A stretch of DNA of 64,000 nt from an uncultured delta proteobacterium. Lineage in GTDB: Bacteria > Desulfobacterota > Binatia > UBA9968. The DNA is taken from the NCBI GenBank assembly GCA_963728565.1, contig CAVSLC010000005.1, forward strand, positions 290,438-354,437, given 5' to 3'. Position 1 is the stretch's first letter, and every line of letters starts with the position of its first letter. Positions 21,558-31,344 of this stretch are shown here, piece after piece. Made by a program: the position numbers and the translations under genes. The notes below the pieces were generated by a model. The model was not told the origin of the DNA. It ran no database searches and saw nothing but the letters and a program-made list of their open reading frames with translations.

Positions 21558-22618
21558 GCACGGCGCAAACCAACCCAGCAGCTGCAGAAGAACTGGCAAT
21601 GGCCGGGACCCCAGTGTCGGGCGGGCTATGGCGCGACGTTTGGAAACGTTTTAAGCGCAACCCGATCGCCATCACCGGATTTTACGTCGTTTGTGTTCTG
21701 GCATTCATGGCGTTGTTTGCTGATTTCCTGGCCAACGACAAGCCCTATTACCTGCGGTACGGCGAGAAAATTTACTTTCCGATTTTCCGCAGCTACATGG
21801 TTGGCGCCGGACTCGGTCATTGGCCGCCGGAGTTGCTTAATGTGGATTTCAAGAAACTCGACCGCGCTCAAGCGCTTTTTCCGCCCGTTCCATATCGGCC
21901 GACCAATATCAATTTACTCGAGCCGTTGGAGCCGCCTTCGCGAAAGCATTGGCTTGGCACGGACAAGCTCGGACGCGATGTCATGGCAGGAATGATCCAT
22001 GGATCGCGAATCTCTCTTTCCATCGGCTTTGTTGCGGTCGGGATTGCGGTGATCATCGGTCTGTTTCTTGGCGCCATCGCCGGTTACTTTGCCGGTTGGG
22101 TGGACCTGGTGATCTCGCGATTTTTCGAGATCATGCTGTCGATCCCGACATTCTTTCTTCTGATCACTGTGGCAGCGCTGCTGCCGCCGAGCATCTTTCT
22201 GACCATGGCAATTATCGGCGCAACCAGTTGGGTCGGTATCGCGCGCTTTACTCGCAACGAGTTTCTCCGAATCAGAAGTCAGGATTACGTGACATCGGCC
22301 ATAGCGCTTGGAGTGGCTAATCGAAAAGTCATGTTCAAGCATATCTTGCCGAACGCCTTGGCCCCGGTCATTGTCTCCGTCGTGCTCGGCATCGCCGGTG
22401 CGATTCTGGTGGAGTCGAGTCTGAGCTTCCTCGGCATCGGCGTGCCCGCCGAGCTGGTCACCTGGGGTTCTATTTTACAGGAAGCCAGTACCACGACTTT
22501 TGCTTGGTGGCTCGCAGTGTTTCCTGGTTTTGCCATTTTTATCACCGTGCTCGCCTACTATCTTGTCGGGGAAGGCTTGCGCGAGGTTCTTGATCCCCGA
22601 TTGCGGGGCTTGCGCTGA
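21554..22618 (+). CDS. Peptide ABC permease (OppC/DppC family)
   Basis: HWLGTDKLGRD, GSRISLSIG, HILPN, ESSLSFLG, GEGLREVLDPR. Confidence 0.9.
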   Translation: MSTAQTNPAAAEELAMAGTPVSGGLWRDVWKRFKRNPIAITGFYVVCVLAFMALFADFLANDKPYYLRYGEKIYFPIFRSYMVGAGLGHWPPELLNVDFKKLDRAQALFPPVPYRPTNINLLEPLEPPSRKHWLGTDKLGRDVMAGMIHGSRISLSIGFVAVGIAVIIGLFLGAIAGYFAGWVDLVISRFFEIMLSIPTFFLLITVAALLPPSIFLTMAIIGATSWVGIARFTRNEFLRIRSQDYVTSAIALGVANRKVMFKHILPNALAPVIVSVVLGIAGAILVESSLSFLGIGVPAELVTWGSILQEASTTTFAWWLAVFPGFAIFITVLAYYLVGEGLREVLDPRLRGLR

Positions 22619-22923
22619 TCGCGCTGTTTCTGCTAATTCGGTCCCAAGTCCAAATTTCTTATTCAACTTCCGTTATCGACGCCAAGCGCGCTGCGACGAT
22701 CTTGCGAATCCGCTCGCCTTTCACAGGAGCGGCGGAACAGTATATCCATGCGTAGTGATACCGCTAAGAAAATGGCTACGAAATTTAGCGCATGGAGGCA
22801 AGCCTTTAAGAACCGCTTGGGCGTAAACAAGCGGCAAAGCGTCCAGCGCGCATGATGCTCCGAAAGACGCGCCGACGGAGAGTCAAAACTTCGCATAACA
22901 CCAGCTAAAGGAGAGAAACAGCC

Positions 22924-23472
22924 ATGGCCCGAATCGCTATCATTGAGAAGAAAGAAGACTTGCAGCCGGAACACCAATCGATTTATGACGCGATTGCGCA
23001 AAGCCGGGGCGTAGTCGGCGGACCGTTTGTGGCCCTCCTGCACAGCCCTGAGCTTGCCGGTCGAACTGCGCATCTCGGCAGTTATGTGCGTTTCCAATCG
23101 AGTTTGGACCCGAAGATCATAGAACTGGCCGCGCTGGTATCGGCCCGTGAGCTTCAATGCAAGCATGAATGGGCCGCTCATGTAAATCACGCGCAGAAGG
23201 CAGGTATTTCCCTGGAGACCATCCGCGCCGTTCACCAATGCAAAGATGCCGCGGATTTTACCTTCGAAGACGCACAGATCGTCAGTTTCGTCCGCGAAGT
23301 GTTGCGCGCGCACCGGGTCAACGAAACTACCTTTCAAGCGCTGTATGCTCGACTCGGGGAGCGCGGCCTGGTCGAGCTCAGTGCCACCGTCGGCTACTAT
23401 GCGATGCTTGCGTGCACGCTCAATACTTTCGATATCGCAACGGCAAGCGCGCCGGAAGAGTTCAGGATCTGA
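22924..23472 (+). CDS. Carboxymuconolactone decarboxylase (CMD/AhpD-like) family protein
   Basis: GPFVALLHSPEL, ELAALVSAR, HEWAAH, LVELSATVGYY; AAGGAG RBS. Confidence 0.82.
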   Translation: MARIAIIEKKEDLQPEHQSIYDAIAQSRGVVGGPFVALLHSPELAGRTAHLGSYVRFQSSLDPKIIELAALVSARELQCKHEWAAHVNHAQKAGISLETIRAVHQCKDAADFTFEDAQIVSFVREVLRAHRVNETTFQALYARLGERGLVELSATVGYYAMLACTLNTFDIATASAPEEFRI

Positions 23473-23538
23473 ACACGAGAGCGAAGCGTTCAAAATTGTT
23501 AAGTCACAGTAGAGCTCGACTGATAGAAGGAGAAAAGA

Positions 23539-24309
23539 ATGAAGTTGAATAACCAAGTGGCGGTGGTTACCGGCGCCGGCAGAAATATCGGCAAAGCTAT
23601 TGCCAAATTATTCGCCGATGAGGGAGCGAAAATTGCGGTCATAGAGATGCATGAAGGCCGCGGCCAGGCGGTCGTCCAGGAGCTCGAAAACAGCGGCCAC
23701 GAAGCCATGCTTGTGCTCTGCGACGTCGCCAAAGCAAGTGACGTGCAACAGATGGTTCAAAAAGTCGTGGCGCGTTTTGGCGGTATCGACATCCTCGTTA
23801 ATAATGCGGCTCTGACGGATCGTGCCGATATTCTCATTAGCACCGAAGAGGAGTTCGACAAAGTAATTGCCGTGAGTCTGAAGGGGCCGTATCTGGTGAC
23901 GAAATACGTTGCCGCGCAAATGGCCAAACAGGGGCGCGGCGGAAAAATCGTCAACTTCGGCTCGACTTCTGGCATGCTCGGTCGCACCGACGGCATTGCT
24001 TATGCAGCGGCCAAGGGCGGCGTTATCAACCTGACTCGCGCCATGGCTGTGCAGCTTTCACCGTACAGGATTCGCGTCAATTGCGTGGTGCCAAACCGTT
24101 CAGGTTCGCCGGTAGGCTATGACGACGACGTTGCCGGCAGCAGAATTTTCGAGAATCTCGCCGGCCGGTTGGGAACGGCAGAGGATCAAGCCAAGGCTGC
24201 GCTCTTTCTGGTCAGCGACGATTCTGATTTTATCTATGGCCATCCCTTAGTCGTCGACGGCGGTGTCGTCGCCACCGCGAACTTTCCCAAGGAGCAGTTC
24301 GTCAAGTAG
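23539..24309 (+). CDS. SDR family oxidoreductase
   Basis: TGAGRNIG, NNAA, YAAAKGG, IRVNCVVP, VVDGG. Confidence 0.92.
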   Translation: MKLNNQVAVVTGAGRNIGKAIAKLFADEGAKIAVIEMHEGRGQAVVQELENSGHEAMLVLCDVAKASDVQQMVQKVVARFGGIDILVNNAALTDRADILISTEEEFDKVIAVSLKGPYLVTKYVAAQMAKQGRGGKIVNFGSTSGMLGRTDGIAYAAAKGGVINLTRAMAVQLSPYRIRVNCVVPNRSGSPVGYDDDVAGSRIFENLAGRLGTAEDQAKAALFLVSDDSDFIYGHPLVVDGGVVATANFPKEQFVK

Positions 24310-24427
24310 AGCAAGCGCGCGGCACGGTCGTCGATGCGGGCCCTGCAAGGTAAGCAGACGAGAATCGATAACGGAACCGGCTGAGAGATTTTGATTGCTC
24401 GGCGTCGATCATAAAGGGGTACGTTGC

Positions 24428-25456
24428 ATGACCAAGTTAGTGCGCATCATGCTTGTCTTCGTCGGGGCAAAACTTCTGCTGGCAATTGCCTGCATCCCTT
24501 TGCAGGCCGCATCAGCGCCTCGTGAATTCGTGATCGGCCATGCGGCGATGAACGCTAGGGTGGCGCCTCTCTGGGTTGCCGAAGACCTCGGCTTTTTCGC
24601 CAAGCAGGGTGTTTCCGTAAATGCCATTTTCATCCGCCAGGCTCCGGTCCTAGTCGCAGCTCTAACGGCGGGAGACGTGCACGCCGCATATACGGGCGGG
24701 ACCACTGTGCTGACCGCGGTAGCCGGCGGAGCCGATTTAAAGATCATCGGCTCCCTCACTAATCGTCTGGGCTACGACATGGTCGCCGCTCCGAACATCA
24801 AAACGCCCAAAGATCTGCGCGGCAAACGCTTCGGAGTGCAGACGCTGGCGGGAACTGTCTGGCTAGGTGCCATGCTCGGACTGGAGCACTTGGGCCTAGA
24901 CGCTAAAAGGGACAATATCACTTTCCTCGTGATCGGCGATCAAACGGTGGCGACTCAAGCTCTTGAAGGCGGTCAAATCGACGTGACGGTGCTGGATGGC
25001 GTTTTTAGCCGGCGATTGAAGCAGAAGGGCTTCACAATCCTGGCCGAGCTGCAAAAGGCCAACATTCCGTTTTCCTCTCAGGGACTGGTGGCTCGCGGCG
25101 CTTTCCTTCAGGAGCAGCGCGAGACCATGGAAGGTGTCATGAAGGGACTTTTGGAGAGCATAGCCTTTTGTCTCGCGCCGAAAAATAAGAGCGCCGTTCT
25201 CGGGACTATTACCAAGCGTCTTAAACTGGCGGACGCGTCGGTAGCCGAAGATGGCTACCGGGATGTGATCAACGGTGTGGAACGAAAACCTTACCCGGTC
25301 GTCGAGGGCCTGCGCAACATCCAGCGGTTGATGAAGATCCGTAACCCTGCGCTCGACAAGGTCAGGATAGAAGATATGATCGACGATCGGATCCTGCGTC
25401 AGTTGGATGAAAGCGGTTTTATCGATCAGCTGGCGAAGACCTACCCCGCGAAGTAG
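24428..25456 (+). CDS. ABC substrate-binding protein, SsuA/THI5/NitT-TauT family (orphan)
   Basis: Signal peptide, PLWVAEDLGFFAKQGV, DLRGKRFGV, ALEGGQID, LDESGFIDQL. Confidence 0.85.
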   Translation: MTKLVRIMLVFVGAKLLLAIACIPLQAASAPREFVIGHAAMNARVAPLWVAEDLGFFAKQGVSVNAIFIRQAPVLVAALTAGDVHAAYTGGTTVLTAVAGGADLKIIGSLTNRLGYDMVAAPNIKTPKDLRGKRFGVQTLAGTVWLGAMLGLEHLGLDAKRDNITFLVIGDQTVATQALEGGQIDVTVLDGVFSRRLKQKGFTILAELQKANIPFSSQGLVARGAFLQEQRETMEGVMKGLLESIAFCLAPKNKSAVLGTITKRLKLADASVAEDGYRDVINGVERKPYPVVEGLRNIQRLMKIRNPALDKVRIEDMIDDRILRQLDESGFIDQLAKTYPAK

Positions 25457-25640
25457 GCATTTATGGGTGATGGAATAGAAGGGGAGAATGAGAATGCGGC
25501 GCGGCTGGTCGCCGGCCAATCATCCTAGTTCGAGCATTATGGGCGAACTTAGGATCTGTGATACCGCTTCTGCTAGAGAAGATTCGTAACCAAACCAAAC
25601 GCGTGATTTACCTAGGTGCCCGCTGATCTCATTCCTTAAC

Positions 25641-25668
25641 TTGACAATAGCTCCAGCCCAAGTAATAT
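25641..25668 (+). promoter_or_regulatory. Putative sigma-70 promoter of the oppD/oppF-like genes
   Basis: TTGACA-16nt-TAATAT. Confidence 0.55.
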
Positions 25669-25789
25669 CCGCTTATTTTGCCGGCGGGCGCAAAATCCTG
25701 CCGCACTCTTCGCCGTGCGCGATTTAGATGATATGTTGTTTCGACAAATCACGTTTCGTTGCTTGATTCGCCTGCGCGAGGCAGAGTAA

Positions 25790-26815
25790 ATGGCCGAGCT
25801 CATTAAAGTCAAAGATCTGCGCACGTCCTTCTTCACCCCCGAAGGTGAAGTGCGCGCCATCGACGGCATCAGTTTCGAAATCGGCGAAGGCAAGACTCTG
25901 GGTTTGGTCGGAGAGTCCGGCTGCGGCAAGAGCGTGACCTCGCTTTCGATCATGCGACTGATCGCTTCGCCTCCGGGAAAAATCGTCGGTGGAGAGATTC
26001 TTTATCGGGGCCGGGATCTGCTCAAGTTGAAGAATGAGGAGATGCGCAAAATCCGCGGCAACGAAATCTCGATGATCTTCCAGGAACCGATGACTTCGCT
26101 CAATCCGGTGTTCACTGTCGGCAATCAGATCGGCGAGGCGATCCGGCTTCATCAGGGCCTCGGCAAAAAGGAAACCCGGCAAAAAACCATCGACATGCTG
26201 CGCCTGGTCAAGATCGCTGATCCGGAGTCTCGGGTCGATGCCTATCCGCACCAACTGAGCGGCGGCATGCGCCAGAGAGTCATGATCGCAATGGCGCTGT
26301 CCTGTAACCCGAGCTTGTTAATCGCCGACGAGCCGACCACGGCGCTTGACGTCACGATTCAAGCGCAGATTCTGGATTTGATGAAAGAGTTGCAACAAAG
26401 GCTCGGTATGGCGCTGTTACTGATCACCCACGATCTGGGCGTGGTGGCGGAGCAAGCCGATGAAGTTGCGATCATGTATGGCGGCAAGATCGTGGAGCGC
26501 GCCAGTGCGCGGGGGATTTTCACCAGGCCATTTCACCCGTATACCGTGGGGCTATTAAATTCTCTTCCCGGCACCGGCCGTTTGAAGAAAAAACGCCTGG
26601 ATGCGATCCCCGGGGTGGTGCCCAATCCTTTGCATCTGCCGAGTGGCTGTCGTTTCCGCGATCGCTGTCCAAGGGCCGCAGATCTATGTGCTCAAGTCGA
26701 ACCGGAGCTTCTGGAGCGAGAACCGGGCCATACGGTAGCCTGCCATTTTCCCCATACCGAGTGGAAACAAAGGGCCGTACAGGAGATAGAAATTGAGAAA
26801 CAGGGATCAGCATGA
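25790..26815 (+). CDS. Oligopeptide ABC ATP-binding protein (OppD/DppD family)
   Basis: [40 protein letters not shown]...ACHF. Confidence 0.92.
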   Translation: MAELIKVKDLRTSFFTPEGEVRAIDGISFEIGEGKTLGLVGESGCGKSVTSLSIMRLIASPPGKIVGGEILYRGRDLLKLKNEEMRKIRGNEISMIFQEPMTSLNPVFTVGNQIGEAIRLHQGLGKKETRQKTIDMLRLVKIADPESRVDAYPHQLSGGMRQRVMIAMALSCNPSLLIADEPTTALDVTIQAQILDLMKELQQRLGMALLLITHDLGVVAEQADEVAIMYGGKIVERASARGIFTRPFHPYTVGLLNSLPGTGRLKKKRLDAIPGVVPNPLHLPSGCRFRDRCPRAADLCAQVEPELLEREPGHTVACHFPHTEWKQRAVQEIEIEKQGSA

Positions 26816-26866
26816 ATAGAGGCAAGCCGGCGACTATTCTCGGTCCTATCTGATCCTGGTAGCACT

Positions 26867-27844
26867 ATGAGCCTGTTAGAAATCCGAAATCTCAAAAAGC
26901 ATTTTCCCGTCGGTCAGGCGTTATTTTCGCGCAATAAGGACGTGGTGAAAGCTGTCGACGGCGTCAATCTTAGGGTCGAGCAGGGCGAAACGCTGGGTCT
27001 GGTCGGGGAGTCCGGTTGCGGCAAGTCAACCTTGGGACGCGCCATCTTGCGGCTGATTGAGCCAACCGATGGTGAAGTTTACTTCGAAGGCAAAAACTTG
27101 TTGGCCATGTCGCAGCGCGAGCTGCGCGATATGCGACGGCAGATGCAGATTATTTTTCAAGATCCCTATGCGTCTCTCAATCCGCGGATGCGGGTCGGTG
27201 ATATCGTCGGCGAGGGGCTGGAAATTCACAAGATCGCCAGGGGCAAGGCCAAACGAGATCGGGTCATCGAACTGCTTCGTCAAGTCGGTTTGCGCGAGGA
27301 CCATTATGATCGTTACCCGCATGAGTTCAGCGGCGGTCAACGGCAGCGCATCGGTATTGCCCGGGCGCTGGGTGTCGGTCCCAAGTTTATTGTCTGCGAT
27401 GAACCCGTCTCTTCACTGGATGTTTCGATTCAGGCGCAGATCATCAATCTGTTGCAGGAGCTGCAAGAGAAGATGCATTTGACCTACCTGTTTATCTCGC
27501 ATGACCTGCGGGTGGTCGAGCATATCAGCCACCGGGTAGCGATCATGTACCTGGGCAAAGTGGTGGAAATTGCCCAAAGCGATACTATTTATCGGGACGC
27601 CAAGCATCCTTATACGCGAGCGTTGCTGTCATCCGTGCCGATCCCCGACATGGATGGAAAAAAGGAACGGGTGCTGTTGCAAGGTGATGTGCCCAGTCCG
27701 GTGAATCCTCCGTCGGGGTGTGCTTTTCATCCGCGTTGCGCCTACCGCGCGCCAATTTGTGATCAGATGGAGCCGCCATTGGATTTCGATGCCGATTTTC
27801 ACGGCGTCGCCTGCCATGTTTTCGGCCCTGTAAAACGCGCCTGA
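26867..27844 (+). CDS. Oligopeptide ABC ATP-binding protein (OppF/DppF family)
   Basis: [41 protein letters not shown]. Confidence 0.92.
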   Translation: MSLLEIRNLKKHFPVGQALFSRNKDVVKAVDGVNLRVEQGETLGLVGESGCGKSTLGRAILRLIEPTDGEVYFEGKNLLAMSQRELRDMRRQMQIIFQDPYASLNPRMRVGDIVGEGLEIHKIARGKAKRDRVIELLRQVGLREDHYDRYPHEFSGGQRQRIGIARALGVGPKFIVCDEPVSSLDVSIQAQIINLLQELQEKMHLTYLFISHDLRVVEHISHRVAIMYLGKVVEIAQSDTIYRDAKHPYTRALLSSVPIPDMDGKKERVLLQGDVPSPVNPPSGCAFHPRCAYRAPICDQMEPPLDFDADFHGVACHVFGPVKRA

Positions 27845-27909
27845 TTCTTCCGTCAGTTAAGCCTCTCGCCAGCATGGCAGATGGTCCATTAGGAAGTGCT
27901 TCCCGAGAG

Positions 27910-27937
27910 TTGAATTAACCGCCGAGGATGCTAACAT
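27910..27937 (+). promoter_or_regulatory. Putative sigma-70 promoter of greA
   Basis: TTGAAT-16nt-TAACAT with an extended -10 TG. Confidence 0.5.
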
Positions 27938-27984
27938 CCGTAGGCAGTGGCGCTTCACGGGTCGGAAGGTGGAGCGAGCAGCGA

Positions 27985-28022
27985 GAGCCTCTCAGGAGCC
28001 ATTCCCGAGAGGTTTTGTTTTG
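27985..28022 (+). terminator. Terminator-like hairpin in the greA leader (possible attenuator)
   Basis: AGCCTCTCAGGA-GCCAT-TCCCGAGAGGTT followed by TTGTTTTG, just before the greA RBS. Confidence 0.55.
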
Positions 28023-28038
28023 TATAGGAGTTTAATCT

Positions 28039-28527
28039 ATGGCAACACAGGATGAGCGTGTCCCGATGACTAGTCGGGGATATCAGTTTTTGATGGACGA
28101 ATTAAAACGCCTAAAGAGTGTCGAGCGTCCTAAAAACGTTCGTGAAATCGAAGAGGCGAGGGGCCATGGTGATCTTTCCGAAAACGCCGAGTTTCATGCG
28201 GCCAAGGAACGCCAATCCTTGCTGGATATTCAGATTCGCGAGATCGAGGATCGCCTGGCCCGCGCTCAGGTAATCGATATTTCAACACTGTCCGGCGATC
28301 GGGTTGTGTTCGGCGCGACGGTCGCTCTCGCCGATGGCGATACCGGTGACAAGGTGGTATATCAGATCGTCGGTGATCATGAGGCGGAGCCCAAGAACGG
28401 AAAAATTTCTATCAGTTCTCCCGTTGCCCGTGCTTTGATCGGCAAGAGCGAGGGGGACGAGGTTCAGGTCCAGACCCCCACGGGCGTGCGTTCATTCGAG
28501 ATTTTAAGCGTCGAGTACATCGATTGA
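28039..28527 (+). CDS. greA: Transcription elongation factor GreA
   Basis: ARGHGDLSENAEFHAAKE, YQIVG, ISISSPVARALIGK; AGGAG RBS. Confidence 0.96.
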   Translation: MATQDERVPMTSRGYQFLMDELKRLKSVERPKNVREIEEARGHGDLSENAEFHAAKERQSLLDIQIREIEDRLARAQVIDISTLSGDRVVFGATVALADGDTGDKVVYQIVGDHEAEPKNGKISISSPVARALIGKSEGDEVQVQTPTGVRSFEILSVEYID

Positions 28528-28566
28528 TCTCTGCTGTAGTGGGGCGGGCCTTTCTGGAAAGGGATC

Positions 28567-30601
28567 ATGTCCTTTTCGGCCCGAAAGGCAGCTCAAGGTT
28601 TTAGCCGCGGCCAACTAGTAGGTTGGCCGCGCCGGGCGGTTTTGGCGCCGCCTAACTTTCCGCTCAAATCATTTCAGGCCGGTTCGCGATCAACCGCTCT
28701 TATAGGCTGCTTTCTATCGAGTCTTCTTTTCTCTTCTTTCAGTTACGCCGAAATATCCATCGAAGCGCGCGTCGGCTTTCACGGCGTATTTCAGCTCGGA
28801 CGTCCGTTTCCGCTGGAACTCGAAGTCACTAACTCCGGCCGTCCCGCCGACGGCTTTTTGGAAGTTCAGGTTTGGAAAGGCGGCGCCGCCAAGAGCGGCG
28901 TTCCTTATCCGCTTCATTATCGCAGGGATCTTTTCGTTTCCGGCCATTCGCGGAAAACCATTCAACTTACTGTCGATCCCGATTTCATCAGCCGGCCGCT
29001 GCTGATCTCTTTTATCAGCCCCGCCGGAAACGCATCGCGCGAGTTGGATCTGCGGCGCTCACTTCTCGCCGTCGCCGGTCATGCTGCTGGTGAGTGAAGC
29101 GAGTTCCCTCTCGATCTCTCTGGGATCGGCAATGACCAATCGGTTGGTCGCTGTTTCATTGAGCGAACTACCTTCCGATCCGCGAGCTCTGCTTGGGGTT
29201 TCACATGTGATTCTATATGACCAATCCTTGCGCGAGCTCTCGCGCTCGCAGCTGTTTGCCTTGGAAAGCTGGCTCACCGCCGGCGGCAGGATGGTCATCA
29301 TAGGCAGCCTCAACCATGCGCTGTATCAGGAGACATCACTCAGCCGCTTTCTGCCTGTGCGGGTCACCGGCAGCGAACGGATCTCTTTCGCTCCGCAAAG
29401 TATCCAAGGTGAACCGGTAACCCCGATCGCCGGCGTCTGGACACAGGTTTCAAGCTTGCTGGATGGTAAAGTTATGCTGGAATCGGCGGGAATTCCGCTT
29501 CTGGTTGAGAAGAGCCGGGGCAAGGGCCGGATCACCTATTTTGCCCTCGATCTTGGACGACCTCCGATGGCTCAATGGGACGGTCTGCCCAAGCTTCTGC
29601 GCAACCTTGTGCTTCCAGTCGCCGTTGACGCTCTATCGCCGCGAACCCGTTGGGACGATTCGATCTTTTCTCAGATTATCATCAGCCCATCATTTATCTC
29701 GACTTACGTGCCGACTCGTTCCTTGTTGCTGGCCGTGATCGGTTATTTCGCGGCTCTTGGTACGTTAGCCTGGCTGTGGCAGAAGAGTCGTTTGCCGGCG
29801 CGCAAAATCGTCATCTGCCTGGCGATAGTCGTCGGCCTTGCCGCGGCGGCAGGATATCCGCTGTTTAGCCGCGGCGGTAATGTCCCTGACGGAGTGCTTC
29901 TATCTTCCACCATGCTTGATAGTGTTGCCGACGGCTACGTGGAAGCTCAATTGAACATGGCCATGTTTTCAACTCAAATTCGCCAGTACAACCTTCAATT
30001 GGCTCGTGGTTGGCTCGATATGGCGCCGGTGTCCAACCCGGCCAAAGATCGACCGCAGGAAGCGCTGCTGCTGCAGGATGACAGCGGTTCCAGCCGCTTT
30101 CGTTTACCGCTGCGCGAGTGGGATTATAGGCTTTTCCGCATGCGCTTTATCGACCGCTTTCCATTGTTCGCGGAATTTGACATTCAAGGCGATAAGCTGG
30201 TGATGAAGATCGACAACCAAACCGGCAAAGATCTGGTGGACTGCTGGTTGCTGTTACCCGGCGGGCGTCATGCTCTGAACGAAATCACGCGAGGTTCACG
30301 ATGGAGCAAAGTTTTTTCGTTGAATGCCGGAGAAGCGCGCGAGGCAAATCAATCGAGCCGCGGCGATGCACTCAGCCTGCGTGATTTGTCTTTCAACGAT
30401 AAAACCCGCGATATCTTGTTTCATTCTTCTTTTTTTCCGCGCGACGGTGAGACGTCGCGATGGAATACCGGCGCGGCGATTTTTTTCGGCTGGGTAAGAG
30501 ACTCGGAACGGCGGGTTAGTGTCGATGACTCGCGCATCTACGCCCATGACTACACATTATTTCGGGCGATCATTCCATTGCCCGGGCCGGAGGATGAATG
30601 A
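28567..30601 (+). CDS. Exported/membrane protein with a class I glutamine-amidotransferase-like middle domain; frameshift near 29060
   Basis: ORFs 28567-29097 and 29081-30601 are contiguous; ALESWLTAGGRMVIIG and GKGRITYF segments; two TMs. Start uncertain. Confidence 0.55.
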
Positions 30602-31344
30602 ATAGCAATCCGGTTTTGCGCGAAAGCATCGATATTTTTTTCGTCGAGGGGCATGGGTTCGCGGTTTATTTTTATATTCTGGTGATCCTTGCGCCGGTCG
30701 AGTTTCTATCGCTTTACTTGCCCTCGCTGGATGCGCAGATGTGGAGCGGTTCGGCGAGTCTTTTCAAGGTCACCGCGGTGACGACCTTGTTGCTCACAAT
30801 CTATTTCGCGATGCGGGTGGCGAATCAGGAGTTTGCTTCCTGGAGATTCCGGACACTGAAACACTGGCATCGCGAAAACGGCCAACCCATTGCCGCCATC
30901 GCTCAGGCGCAGCTTTTATTTCTGTCGTTGCACGTCGCGCTTTCTCTGCTCCTGTGCGCGCCATTGTTGATCTGGGCAGCCGCCATTGCGCGGACGCCGG
31001 TTTCGATGGTGACGCTTACCTTCGGGCTGTTGTTTTTCTATGCATGGGGTTACGCCACCTGGGGGTTGTTCGCATTAACGTTATGGGAACGCCGTGCCGA
31101 AAGCCGCCAAGTGTTCATTCGCTCGTTTTTCTTTGTCTTGACGATCCTCTCACTGCTCGTCTATCTGCCGCTCAACCCCATCGCCTTCCTCTTGTCGATG
31201 CTGTCGCGGCAGGAATTTCCGCCGTTAGGTATCGCCGGATATAAATGGCCCGCAGGCACAGTCCATTTCGCCGGCCATTTGCTGTTCATCGGCTCGGCTC
31301 TGCTCGCCCACCGTTGGGCGCTACGTAAGGAATTGAGCCAATGA
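30598..31344 (+). CDS. Polytopic membrane protein, ABC-2 permease-like
   Basis: NPVLRE N-terminal motif, about 6 TMs, LNPIAFL; ATGA overlaps on both sides. Confidence 0.55.
   Translation: MNSNPVLRESIDIFFVEGHGFAVYFYILVILAPVEFLSLYLPSLDAQMWSGSASLFKVTAVTTLLLTIYFAMRVANQEFASWRFRTLKHWHRENGQPIAAIAQAQLLFLSLHVALSLLLCAPLLIWAAAIARTPVSMVTLTFGLLFFYAWGYATWGLFALTLWERRAESRQVFIRSFFFVLTILSLLVYLPLNPIAFLLSMLSRQEFPPLGIAGYKWPAGTVHFAGHLLFIGSALLAHRWALRKELSQ

Noticed and set aside
22663-23556. 297-aa minus-strand ORF
   Set aside because: Antisense to the CMD-family gene, which has an RBS and family motifs; typical GC-rich shadow ORF.
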